A model generated the notes under the pieces. It ran no database searches and was not told the DNA's origin. It saw only the letters and a program-made list of their open reading frames with translations. A stretch of DNA of 63,942 bases, the filler included, from Psammoneis japonica (Eukaryota): assembly GCA_008632985.1 (NCBI GenBank). It is 3 parts of 3 records of this genome, joined end to end, with 100 filler letters (N's around TTAATTAATTAA, not from the genome) between each part and the next. Parts side by side here need not be neighbours in the genome. Positions count along the whole stretch, not along the records: positions 1 to 26,279 come from QPGO01000422.1; positions 26,380 to 52,642 come from QPGO01000428.1; 1 more part is not named here. The stretch is one strand, 5' to 3'. The position numbers were made by a program, and so were the translations under genes. The first letter of the stretch is position 1. Each line of letters starts with the position of its first letter. Shown piece by piece: positions 23,060-35,400 of the stretch.

Positions 23060-23531
23060 TGCTATACGCACTCCCGCCGAGTCGCAACAGAGCTTGAGTC
23101 AAGTTGTATTGCCTGGTGATTGTCATTCGAGCGGCGTCGCGTTTGTAGGCTGTGTTATGAAACTCATGGACAATGCAGCGGGTTGTTCGGCCATTCGTCA
23201 CCGCCGCACCAATGTTGTTACCGTCGCAATTTCCGCCATGGATTTTGTCCACTAGATTCATCTCGGTGAGATCTGTACCATTCAATCCCTGGTTGTCTTT
23301 TGTTCCGACAAGACTCTGGAGATAGAGGTGGTTGCGTCGACTGTCTCTATGCACAGCATTGGCAATGAGGATGATGTGATTGTGGCGAAGGGAAAGTTTG
23401 TGTTTTCTTCGCTCGACAACCATGGAAAAGCCTTTGCTGTTCCGCCTCTCAAATTGGAAACCAAGGAGGATTTCGAAAAAGCTGGAAGCATACAGTGCGC
23501 AGCAGCGGTACGAACAAGCGAAAATGTCTAG
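23060..23531 (+). pseudogene. Acyl-CoA thioesterase (HotDog fold, YciA/ACOT7-like) fragment with in-frame stop
   Basis: SQVVLPGDC...G..MKLMDNAAG.SA.RH.RTNVVTVAI..MDF, TAG at 23253-23255, then in frame IHLGE...LEIEV...G.FVF.SLD..GK...VPPL.LET. Confidence 0.85.
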
Positions 23532-23988
23532 AATAAAAGCATTATCGAAAAAGTAACAGCATAGACTGCTCTTTACGAGAACACGAAATGCTGTTGTTCA
23601 CTCTGTGTAGTTGAAAGGGCCTTCCCACCATTCCAATTTTTGCATGGGATGCTTTACATAATGCTCTTGTGAACTTGTTTGTCAATTCGCACTGGTGCCA
23701 TCAGGTTGGCGAGGTGAGGATAATGTGGACTTTGGTTCTAGGAATTCCGTCTAGAATTGCTTCTAAAGTATCTTGAACCTGCAGAAAAGTGCAAGGTTGC
23801 AAATCAACATTTTCTGCATCGCATAAACTCAAAGGAACCGCACCGAGCAAATTAAGTCATCGTCGAGTCCTTGGTCGAGTCAGTGTGTCGAGCCGCCATC
23901 ATTACAGTTTTGTTTTCGCCAACAAACCACAGAATGTAGCTAAATGTGCATTATCCCTCATAACTACTGAGGGCTACCGTGTTATCAA

Positions 23989-26279
23989 CTATTGCTGTTC
24001 CCATGTAAACATGACGGTCCTTCCCTTCAAATTCACGTCACCCGTGTCGTACGTCATTTGTTTCACACTGCCCCAGTCGGTTCCATCCCAGATACAAAAG
24101 CTACCACCCCTGCTGTTGTCCTGGATGGAAAGCATGACGCTTTGGTTAGACGGAGACGCAACAAGACTCATGGAATTGGGAGAATCGCCAAGGTCAGGAC
24201 CGTAGTATTCCCGGGACCACTGATTATTTGACCAAATTCTGTACCGCACCCTGGTGCTACCATCTACTCGATAGGTTGCGAGAGCTTTGCCCGGAAGTCC
24301 GTAAAAGTCCACCGCCACGGCATCAAAGTCAATCTTAATGGACGATGTTGGAGACGCAATTTCTCTGGAATTCCATGACGATCTTCCGTCCCAGATAGCC
24401 AACCACAAGGCATGTTGATTGCTTGTGGTGACTCCAAGGGCTATTCGGTTTGATGTTGCATCCACGCCCAGTGTAAATTGCTTTGCAATACTGTACACGC
24501 CACCTGGAGGCCCAAGGGAATGCTCTCTACTCCACTGGTACCCATCAAAAAGACGGTATAGCACGTCTTGTGTCTTTTTCCCGTATACAACCATGGCTCG
24601 GCCACTCTGTTGCTCATAGGCCACATAAATTGCTTTCATGCTTGCACTTGCATAGTTTCCAAGAACAAATCCATCATCCCATTCATTACCATCCCACACT
24701 ATGCAAAAGTCCGAGTTCTTAAAAGAAGCTCCAGCGAGAATCATCTCATTGGACGATGGATGAGACGCTAAGTACAATCGGTTGTTCGTTCCACTCTTGA
24801 CGGGTGACTCAAGTCGCTTTTCTAAACTCCAATAGTTTCCATTCCAAACGCGATAGTAAATTGCGTCTTCTCCTCCCTTGTTCCACACCAACATTGCATT
24901 CCCACTTTGAGATTCGTAGGCAATGTCAAACCCGTGTCGAAAAGTATTCATTGCATTGGAGTCAAGCGGTGAAAAAGAAATGTCATTCCAGCTGCCATCC
25001 GAGTACATTTGAGCAGTGACTTGGAGATTTTCATTGACTCCCACCACAATTGCTTCATCTCTTGTTGTCGAGAAAGCGCCTCGAATAATAACCCATCTTC
25101 CATAGGTGTTCTTCATGCTATCTACTTTGTCAAACTTGTTTCCGTCCCATAAGCTGTATCCGGGAGGGGAATCGTCACCGTTTACAAAAATCGCAATACC
25201 CCTTTCAGCCTTGCATTTATTACATGCCAAAGGGCAAGCTTCTTCCCCTGAAACCACATTTCCAGATTTTCCTTGCCCATAAAACGAGGAGCAGAAATAA
25301 CCCACGTTCCACTCCCTTAAATCGTCACAGTCGATCCGCGTCCCTTTAGATGACATATACGCCCAACTCAAGTCATCTCTACACAGCAATCCATTTTGCA
25401 CGTTAAATGCCGAAACAGCTCGATCAAACGTGGGGTAGGCTGTGAGAGGAAATGTTGTCGGTGACGGAGTGGGGTTTTTGGTGGGTTGTTTTGTCGGACT
25501 GAGAGTTGGGGAGTTGGACGGAGGCCTTGTGGGCACTTGGGTTAGAGAGATCGTTTGCGACGCGGTTGGCAGTTTGGTGGGTGATAACGTTGGTTGTTTT
25601 GTCGGACTGAGAGTTGGGGAGTTGGACGGAGGCCTTGTGGGCATATGGGTTGGAGAGGCCGTTGGCGACATGGTTGGCAGTTCGGTGGGTGATGATGTTG
25701 ACTGTATTGTCGGAGTGAGAGTTGGATAGTTGGATGGAGGCATTGTGGGCACTTGGGTTGGAGATGCCGTTGGCGACATGCTTGGCAGTTCAGTAGGAAG
25801 AGGCGTAGGAGCCGCAAGCATTGGGAGAGGGGTGTCTGGAAGAAATGCATCTGGATCGCATAAACCGCAGGTGACTGGACAGGCTTGAGAGCCTCTCGTT
25901 GGCTGTCCCCTTGCATCGAAACCCATAAGCTTGCACCTCTGTGATTTTTTGTCCTTGAGGTATCGGCAGGTCTTGTCGATTCCCTTCTTTGTTGTAAAAA
26001 CCCAATCTTTATCGTCAATACAAGGCTCAGATGAAGGTCGGGTCATTGTTTTATCTTGAACCGTTGGCAATCTAGACGGAGCAATAGATGTTGGGACTGG
26101 AACGTCATCCGTGGCCGTTGGAGGCCCAAAGATGGTACTTTCCGAACGCGCAAAGGTACCACCGGTCTTTTCGAGCTTTCCATCATAGTACAATTGGTAG
26201 GAGCCCGCCCCATAAGTACAACACATTCCATCACTTTCTAAGTCTCGAATTGTAAATGTGTATGTATCTTGTGGCAAGC
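23989..26279 (-). CDS. Extracellular multidomain protein, 5' end lost in the gap: DGMCC module, two ShK-like Cys modules, Pro/Thr repeats, C-terminal WDG/WNG-repeat domain
   Basis: 762-aa open frame; YTFTIRD..SDGMCC.YG.GSY; ACPVTCGLC and ACPLACNKC; PTxSPT repeats with 108-bp periodicity at ~25480-25790; repeated AYE..SG.AM.V...YR.W.G..WS. Confidence 0.85.
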
Positions 26280-26380
26280 NNNNNNNNNNNNNNNNNNNNN
26301 NNNNNNNNNNNNNNNNNNNNNNNTTAATTAATTAANNNNNNNNNNNNNNNNNNNNNNNNNNNNNNNNNNNNNNNNNNNNT
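26280..26380. other. Assembly gap with artificial TTAATTAATTAA all-frame-stop linker
   Basis: N run with the 12-mer at 26324-26335; same construct at 52643-52742. Confidence 0.98.
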
Positions 26381-27587
26381 TGTAAAGAAAGCAGTACTAC
26401 CGCACTTATGCAACGCAATCAATGGGCAAGCTTTTGAATTCGTGTACCGGTATTCAAATACGAATTTGCAAGTTGATTTTTGTAGAGTTATTATTCTATT
26501 GTCGCAAGGACTTTTGGTGGCTAGAAGTACCATCGCCAACAATTTGTAAGTGATACAAGTAGTCTAGCTTTAAGTTCTACGTGTGACTTTGTAGGATGGA
26601 GAATAAGCGGCTGTAAAGGCGCCATGTTCGTTCGGGGTCGGCAAGCAATCTAGACACCTATTGTGATTTATCAAGTCATTATAAGTCCAAGTAGGCGCCA
26701 AGTATGCCTTTTTTCGTCAACCACTTCAAAATGCATCATGCTAAAGAGCATTCTTCTGGCGAAAAAAGTGCAGTAATAGCTGAGAGCTGATCGGCCACTT
26801 GCAACCCCAAGGTGAAAAGAGGGGGCGCCATGATTTTTTCAGATTATGACGCCGAGACTTCAACCTAGTGTTCTGCACAAGTCTCATCCCGGAACCATGA
26901 GTGGGCGAGTCACGATGACGAATCGGGCCCAGTGTCGCAACTGGGGGGGCACCTTTGAAGTTGAAGAAGGAGACATTGTGCTTGCACCTCGCATGGCGAT
27001 CCTTGCAGAACTTGTGTCAGCCTCTGATCCTGCAATTACCTGCTGCTCTCATCGTGTCAAGCCGGCTCCAAACGCTTTACGGCTTGACGCGTCGCGACCA
27101 ATCCGTCGAAGAGAGACTTCACTCTGCAAAGAACTACATTTCAATGCGATGCTCTACTCCGAGAACATGCTCGAAGGTAACAAAACACGTGCGGACGTTT
27201 CATCGACAGCCATGGCGATGTCATGGTCACGAGAAGAAGCGATGTTTTCCATCTTGTCGCGCTGTACCGCCAGGACCTACACAGACACCGCCGAACAAAA
27301 AACCAACTTATTCGACACTGCGAAGACGTATCGCACCAGAGTGGCAATAGATAAACCATCACCATCGGCAAACTCTCAAAGTGATTCTCAGCACTATCTT
27401 TCAGTTCAGGCGACCACTTCATCCAATACTCACAATGGTTTCGGCAAGGATGGCGAGATAATCGGCAGTGTCTAGAATGTGACGACCGAAATGCGCATCG
27501 TCATCGTTCCAAACGAGTCCGAATAGGGCGGGATATTCGAGATGCCATCAAATTTACTCAAAGCTCACAACAAATAATGTTCCTTTA

Positions 27588-27890
27588 CATGAAGCCAACT
27601 GTTGTGAGCTTTCGTTAGCGTGAAACCAAAGATCGTGAGCTCTCGTTGGCACGAAGCTAACGAAATCTTCCTCCACGTGAAGCTAACGATTGCAACGCTT
27701 AACGATATTTTTTTCTCCACGTTAAGCTAACGATCGTCACCGCTATCGATAATTTTTCTCCACGTGAAGCCAACAATCGCGGGTTCTCGTTAGCGTGGCG
27801 TCAACGAAACTTTCCTCGACGTGAAGCTAACCATCGTGAGCTCTATCGTCCGCGTGAAGCTAACAAATCATCAGGGTGACGCTAACGATA
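27588..27890. repeat. Array of ~10 copies of a 14-bp motif CGTGAAGCTAACGA with variable spacers
   Basis: Copies near 27588, 27619, 27650, 27676, 27720, 27763, 27795, 27820, 27853, 27875; inverted half-sites tcgttagcg near 27612 and 27787. Confidence 0.85.
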
Positions 27891-28259
27891 TTTTCCTCAA
27901 AGATTTGATCGGAAACCCTTTTCAGATTCTTTGCGCTTTCGTTTTCCGATAGAGCCAGTCACGGTAGAACGCACCACAAGATAAAAACCTTGGCAAACAG
28001 ATATCAAATTGAAAATACGCATGCTGGCAGCCCATTCTCACTACTGCGGATATACAACATGGACGACAAAGAGTCAGATGATCACACGAGCCTTTTTCGT
28101 AACGATATAACAAGTTTGAAAGTAATCAATCCTCAGAACATGTTGGAACATTATAATCTTGTCGTCTCAAGAAGCCTATGAAGCCTCGCATCGGTCGAAA
28201 GATGGTGCTTTTACGTGTTTCTTCATTGGATTTTCAACGACAGCAAAACTTGCCTGCAG

Positions 28260-28264
<5 letters not shown>

Positions 28265-28300
<36 letters not shown>
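28265..28300. repeat. (TC)n microsatellite
   Basis: About 18 uninterrupted TC units. Confidence 0.98.
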
Positions 28301-28304
<4 letters not shown>

Positions 28305-28844
28305 GGAACGTGTGCATTTCAACCGAGGCACGGCACAAGAGAATCGTATTTTCGTTGTGGGAACGCGCATGGAGCAACGAACTCGGTAGAAAGCACGCTT
28401 TTATGCTGTGGCTCAACTCTAGACGCCATTCCTTGCATTTTAAAAATTCCTCGGGTTTGTTGAGCCGTGTTTGCCATACACCGGAAAATACGTTGTTTTA
28501 GCCTTGACATCGATAGAGAGCATCTTTTGATTTAAAGAAGAACGGGGTCTTTGTATCGTCGGGGTTGCATCTTGTGAGCATGGCCCTCGCAGCAACATAT
28601 GCGCGTTGAAATTTCACGGCAATCTCAAGTCCATAAAGATGATACTCGAAAAGAAGAACACTACAAGCCTTCATAACGCGTTTGTTGTGGAATTTGTGAT
28701 CAGGGAGCTCAAGACCTTGATCGCTTTTTGTCGATTCACATGCCTCCGTGGTGTACAAGAAGAGTAGATTTGCTGGCTATGCCCACGATGATTCCCGAAT
28801 CCCGAAACAATTGGTCCTTCCCGCAATGAGGGTTGATGTAAGTA

Positions 28845-30554
28845 CTTCCTCCGGTAAGCGATAATTGTCCACGACGAAACACCGTGTTATTCTTTTTGGG
28901 CCGTACATCGTAGTACTGCTTCTACTCAAAATGGCTCGGAGGGAAAAGCATCCACGACCCACGTCAAAGCATCACATCACATGGAAGCGCTGCAGCGACG
29001 ATGATCGCTCGTGCCGTCAACCACTACTTCGCATAACGACGATACCCTATATCATGGACCCTCCTCCACTTAGTCCAAGCGTCCACTCAGTTGGTGCATT
29101 GGTGCAGGTGCCGCCGGAACACCGCACGGGACGACCGACAGCACCGTAGTGAAGGTGGAACAGGCTTCGTCACGGGTTTCAACGCTGCCGATGGCCGAGT
29201 GAATGTGCGGTATACAGTCAACAACAGACTCAGTATGGATGTTTTTCCAAGTAGACTCTCTCCAACATCATTAGCTGTTGATGAGGTCTTGGGGATTTGT
29301 GACAGTAGCGTTTGCTCGTACCGAAAACGATTCTCAGAGAGGGGGGCGCACGTACAAGGTCGATTGTGCTCGTGCCGGTGGAAAGGTGAAGGCGAAGAAG
29401 GATTCGTATCGCCGTGTATGTGGGGCTATCAGAACATTCCACTATCCAAAGATCCCAGAGAATTTGTTGCGTCACAAAGGCGAGGATTATTTTCAGAATT
29501 GGAGGTTACACTATCGAATTCGGGGACGGAACGAAATCCGCGTGGGATTATATCCATATCATTCTGTTGGCAAAGATGGAAGCAGTTGCTCAGAGGGGAA
29601 ACAACGATAAGGGGAAAGCGAGTACATCTTTTGTTCCAGTGGGATAATGCAACACCGCATATTGATTCGGTTCTCGTGGCCGGTGTTGATGGTGAATTCG
29701 CTCAACGCGGTTGGGAGCTTGCACCGCAACCGCCAAACTCCCCACCTGTATTTCTTTCCAGCAATGGCTAAGAGGGTCACTGTAGACCAAGGGCTTGAAA
29801 ATGGTGGTCGATATTTGCAGGGGGGGGCAGCTGTGGGCATCCTTTCGTCGCGTTTATGATCGCTATCCCGAGGGGACCATCTCCCGGTCGTTGGTGTACC
29901 GCAGTCAAGTGGTGAACGCTGTTTTTGAGTGTGATGGGAGTGATGATTTCGAAATGGATTCGCAATCACTTCACTGTGGAATTCGAAATTTTTTTCAGTG
30001 TGTTTCTGACTCGGAAGAGACGCAGAATCCCACCGGAGTTGAGGTGACTGAGCACCTGGATCCGGTGGAACAGAACCTGCGGTGCACGACGCCGGATGTC
30101 ATTCGGGATGGGTACAATCCGGCAGATTTCTTGAGTGAGAATGAACTTTCAATGTTGGTGAATAATATGGACTAATCATGGAAGGATACTGAAGTGTATC
30201 CCATGGCGGAGCTAGAACAGAATCGGGAGCTATTCGATGCCGAGGCGCACTTGGAGCAGGCACTGGCAGTGCTGTTTTGGAAGGTGAAATCTCTAGAGAA
30301 TTGATAACATACACTTAGAATCGGTACTAGAGTATCTATATTATCCTACTATTGCATCAAATTGGTATTTTATACAGTAGTCGGGCGAAAAGAAGCGATT
30401 CAATAGAGCGAACTCTACTCTATAGAGAGAAGGTTTTAGTGGTTGCGCGAAGTCGCGCGTGAACAAAAAATATGTAGAAGCAGTACCATGATGTACGGCC
30501 CAAAAAGAATAACACGGTGTTTCCTCGTGGACAATTATCGCTTACCGGAGGAAG
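28845..30554 (+). mobile_element. Tc1/mariner-superfamily DNA transposon (Stowaway/DD39D-like ends), defective transposase
   Basis: 81-bp TIRs 28845-28925 and 30474-30554 (78/81 identical) starting CTTCCTCCGG; TA TSD at 28843-28844 and 30555-30556; frameshifted FQWDNATPH...QPPNSP transposase motifs at ~29630-29745. Confidence 0.93.
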
Positions 30555-32064
30555 TAATTGCATCTTTATGCTGGACGACTGAATCCAATCACGTTCAGAG
30601 TCTTCGCAAAGTTGTAGTTTTGATGGCCCTACAAAAGTTGCAAAACGCCCTGCGTTTCCATGTTGTGGTCTTTGTACGGTATGTCTGCCCCAGAAGCATT
30701 CGCCTCTGCTCTCTCTGTAGACACCACACCGCAATTCCTGGCTGGTGGCTGGTGATTGGCACTGGCATTGCATCTCCTCTGTGTCGCTGGGCATGGACTC
30801 GCACAAACAAACGACTTGGTCCTCATGCTTGTGCACCGTCTTTTGTCTCATGGATCTCTCACAAAATGCAGTGGAGCATCATCGTCTCATGATTTTTAGC
30901 AGAGAGTGTCTGTGGTGTTGGAAGAGGTTGGTCTGGGGAAATGTGTGGCGGGTGGCGGATGATGGTGTGTGGCGCGTTGATGATGGTTGACCGACTGCGG
31001 ACGCACTGTGCAGACCGGGTAGACCAAAGACACTCCGGAAGAACAATTTTGGAGTGATGAGAGGCCGATTAGCCTGTTGACAGCTGGTGCGGTTGGCGTC
31101 ATCGATGGAAGCTTTGCTTCTCAGAACTGACAAGGAAGTTTGCACAACATGGAAGTGGATGATGCGACATCACTGAACACACCTCAAAAAAACGACAGGG
31201 CCCACAGGTCCTTCCCAGCTGCCGCTCTCTTTTCATCATGCCCACAACAACCAGAGCCCCTGTCCAATTGGCAATGAAGGCTCGTCATTGGATCCATGGA
31301 AGGGTTGGAATGTGGCGCCACAAGTGCGACGACATAAAGTTGCTGCTGTTGTTGGCCTGTTTTTTTTTTTTTAAGTCTCCTCTGCATTTCACGTTGGCAC
31401 AACAACCCACAGCAAAGCAGCCTCGTCACATTTTCTGTTCTAATGAGAAAGCACGGGAGCCAACTTTCTTCATCCAGTTCACTGGAAACTGCGCATCTGC
31501 TTTTGCCTCAGGCTCGGCCGTCACGCCATTCAGCGTCTGCATGTGTTGACAGAAATTCATGGTCGGAGTGCACTGTGAGGCAGAGGTTGGGATTGCAGCA
31601 ATCCTGCCACACAACAGAAGGCGGGACATGCCATGCAAGAGCTGCTGCACATTGAGAGAAAAGCAGTCCTCATGAGGACACTTTTTGCAATGCTCACTCT
31701 CAACAGATGTGCGCTGATTTTTCAATCCACTCGACATCTTGTGAAGCACCACCAATCCACAAATCCCGTTCTTGACAAAACAAACAATGAAAGTGAATCT
31801 CGGTCCACAGCTGTCCTTGGTGGGTGCTGGCAGCTGTGCCGCCCGCATCTGCAAGACAGCACAGCAGCTTTCAAGCTTTCTCCAACAATCGTCAGAATGC
31901 ATGGCCCGGAACAGTTCTTCTTGATGCAGGGCACTGCTGTTGTCAAGAACAGCTGCATCTTGAGGGACACACTCTTTGCCGGACAGTTCTCAGAAGCAGG
32001 CTCTGCTGCAGCACTTGGCAGGCAAAACAATCAGAGGCAGAGACTGACATTGGATTTGTCCATG

Positions 32065-32443
32065 TGCACTGTGCTCGAAGAACGAGTGCAAACGAAAGTA
32101 GAGTGAAGTTCAAAAAGTGAAAATCATGAGAATTGTTTCTGCGCAATCATTTTGGGTTTCTCCGAACGGGTTCTCAACAGCCCAAACCTTTTGCACTGCT
32201 CCTGCAGACAAAAGGCCTTTCGGAGAACATGATCGTGACGACAGATTGTCCGGATGCGATTGACATTGACACATGAGATGTCAACATCATCGTACGATCG
32301 CATTTGCGATTCTCGACATCCAATCACTTCTGTGTGACTGATCTGCACTTCGTACGAACCCACGATTGACGTGCGATTGAAATGTGCTTTTATTTAACAC
32401 ATGGACACACACACACAACACGCACATGACAACGCATGTTGCA
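32065..32443 (-). repeat. 3' LTR of gypsy
   Basis: Direct repeat of 36862-37240. Confidence 0.95.
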
Positions 32444-32469
32444 TTCGCCTCCCCAATTGCACATCAGAG

Positions 32470-35400
32470 TCAGTCGTTAAACGGCATTGTTCGATGAACA
32501 TTGACAGTGTCAATGACGTTGCCGCGTTTGATCTGCGCTGTGCCATTGGTGTGTGCCATTGTCATTGCACACGGTCCAACACAGGGCTGTTCTAATTTTT
32601 GCGAGTCTTTCTCAAGTGGCATCTTTTCTCCTGCTCTGTGCGTGTGAGGAGCACGTCGAGCATTCTCTCGAGCGTCATTTTTATTTGTGATTTCTTGTTT
32701 TCGCTGCTGGATTAATTTCCAGTCCGCGACATGTTGGACGTCAAATGTCATGTCTCTGTTGAAGACCAGTTGTCCTGGTGCAGCTTGCGTGGTGGCATGA
32801 TGCGCAGAACGTGCCGCAAACGCTGCTGCTGACAGCACTCCAGCGAAAGGATCCTCAGCATCTAGAGGTGTGTGTTGCAAATCAAATGTGCGGAGCATGT
32901 TCCCCAGCACTTGATGCACGCGTTCAACAATTGCGTTTGCTTGTGGATTTCGTGCAGTCACAGGCTTGACTCCAGTGCCACAACCATCTTGCACCATTTC
33001 TCTAAATTGGTGTCCGATGAACTCACTTCCACGGTCACATGCAATTGACGATGGCCAAGGACATCTGCTCAGCCATGTTCGTTCCAGCAGTCCAGCTGCA
33101 GTCATGGACTCCTCATTTGGGATTTCCACAACTTCAAACCATCCGGTTGCTGGATCGATCACAGTCAAACATTTCAGGACTGGGGGTTTTTTCTTTCCCT
33201 TACGACGTATTTTGTATGGCCCAACAAGGTCCACACACAGTCGTTCCCATGGTGCGGATTCTGCGCACTTAGGAGGTAAATGTCCATATTTCTTGTGTTT
33301 CTTTTTGAATTTTTGGCACGTCTCACATCTCGACACGTATTTTCGTATGTCTTCACGTAAGGTGGACCACCATGGGTGTTGTGAGATTGTTTCTTCTGTT
33401 CGATTTATGCCAGGGTGAAGAAGGTGCGTATGATGCCAATCTATCACTGCCTTTTGTAACGTCCTCGGGACGACAATTTTATCCTTATGACATATGAGCA
33501 ACCGGTCTCGCTCGCCTCCACGAAAAGTCTTCGTATGAAACGTCTTATTTGACAATTGGGAGAGAATGTCTTTATCCCGTTTTTGTTCATAATCAAGAAC
33601 TTTGTAATTTAACGGAAAGACATTGTCGTAGGATTTTGGTAGGACCTTTTCAGCTAGCTCTTCTGTGCTGAGGGTTTCCATAGGTTCTATTTTCTTTATA
33701 GTAAGTCGGCTAATCGCGTCTGCGACAATATTTGCCTTGCCCTCAAGGTATATTATTTTGGGACTGTATTCTTCTATTATTAGACGCCAACGCATGACTC
33801 TGTCCGTTGTGAAATTTTTGTGTGTGAGATTTTTGTGATCCGTATATATATTTATCTGTTGGCCAAACAGTATATTTCGGAACTCTTTTAACGTCTCCAC
33901 TATGGACAATAGCTCTTTTTCCGTTGTAGTATAACGCGTCTGCGCTCCATTCAGCTTGCGGCTGTAGAAGGCAATTGGTCGGTTTTTCTGAGTAATAACC
34001 GCCCCCAATTGAGAATTACTAGCATCGGTATATATCTCAAAGGGTATATTAAAATTCGGGTATGATAATAGCATGTCTTTGGAGATGATGCGCTTCATGT
34101 TTTCGAAGGCTTTTTGTTCTGTTTCGGTCCATTGCCACTTTACTTGGGTAGAAGTGAGTTTGGCTAAAGGAGCTAAAACATGAGATCGTCGAGGCCACAT
34201 GTCTCGATAGCAGTTGATCATGCCGATAAAGCGTCGCAATTCCTTGCGAGTTTTAGGAGTTGCGATCGCGCGAATCGCTTCCACTTTTTTTGGAATCGGG
34301 CTGATGCCCTTGCGGGTGACATGAAAGCCTGGGTAGTCTACTTCGGGTTTAGCGAAAAAGGACTTCTCGGCGTTGACCTTCAATCCGGCTTGTTCTAGGC
34401 GTAAGAACACCGTTTCAAGCTTCTTGAGGTGGTCTTGAAAATCGCTTTTTGCAAGACACAACACATCGTCAACACAAGTTCTGACGAACTCCAGACCTGC
34501 CATGAGCTCACTCATGTGCTCTTGGAAAATATCTGGAGCTCCACAGATCCCCATCGGGAGTCCACAGCACTCACATTTGCCCCAAGGCATGACGATCGTG
34601 CACAGGCGACGTGCACGCGGCGTCAATTCGACATGACAGCATCCCATGTTTAAATCTAGGGACGTTGCATGCATGAAGCCTTCAAGCTTCTGTAGCATGT
34701 CCTGAATGTTGGGCAGAGGAAACGGAGCACGAATTAACCTCTCATTCAGCTCACGAAAGTCGGACAAGAACCGAACTCTGCCATTTTTCTTGGGTTGAAC
34801 AAAGGTTGGAGCCGCCCATTCAGAACAATTTGTTTTTCTTGAGACTTTCAACTTGCACAGTCTTTCAACCTCCTTACGAGCAGTCGCCTCCAAGGCTTGT
34901 GGTGCGGGAAATGGTTTGGCATGGTGCGGACTCACGCCCGATTTCAACTTTGGATCCACCGGTTTCCCGGTCCATTTGCCTGGAGAACCATCGAAAAGGT
35001 TTTCAAATCTTTTTAAGAGGAAGTTCAGCTGCTTCTGCTCTTCAGGGGTTAGATGAGTGGCTGCTGCGGTCACATCATTGAGGTTTGCAGCATGACAGTC
35101 TGAGTCAAGGATCCGATTGACCCTGTCATTGAGACTGATCACTGCACGAGATTCCTCAATGTGATCGGCAATCAACTTAAAAACATCGGCATCGAAGAGT
35201 GCACCAACATTCTTCATGGGAGCAATTGCATCTTCCCATTTAATCTCTTCATTCGAGAAGTCCAATGTTGTCCCAAGACTTGACATTGAGTCGCGTCCCA
35301 TGATCACATCATGACGACTCGAAGAAGAAGGGGAGTTGTCAACACATGCCGTTGTTTCAATCATCTCATGTTTGTCAAATTCGGGTGAGGAGAATTGGAT

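Noticed and set aside
23253..23255. Stop-codon readthrough or pyrrolysine in the thioesterase
   Set aside because: No supporting signal; the gene also lacks a clear 5' part, so a nonsense mutation is simpler.
26324..26335. TTAATTAATTAA inside N runs (also 52687-52698)
   Set aside because: Artificial contig-joining linker; adjacency across these gaps should not be interpreted.
26846..27475. 209-aa ORF
   Set aside because: No recognisable motif or supporting structure; cannot be called a gene.
27588..27890. CRISPR-like look of the motif array
   Set aside because: Repeats only 14 bp and degenerate, spacers irregular and self-similar, no cas genes, eukaryotic context.
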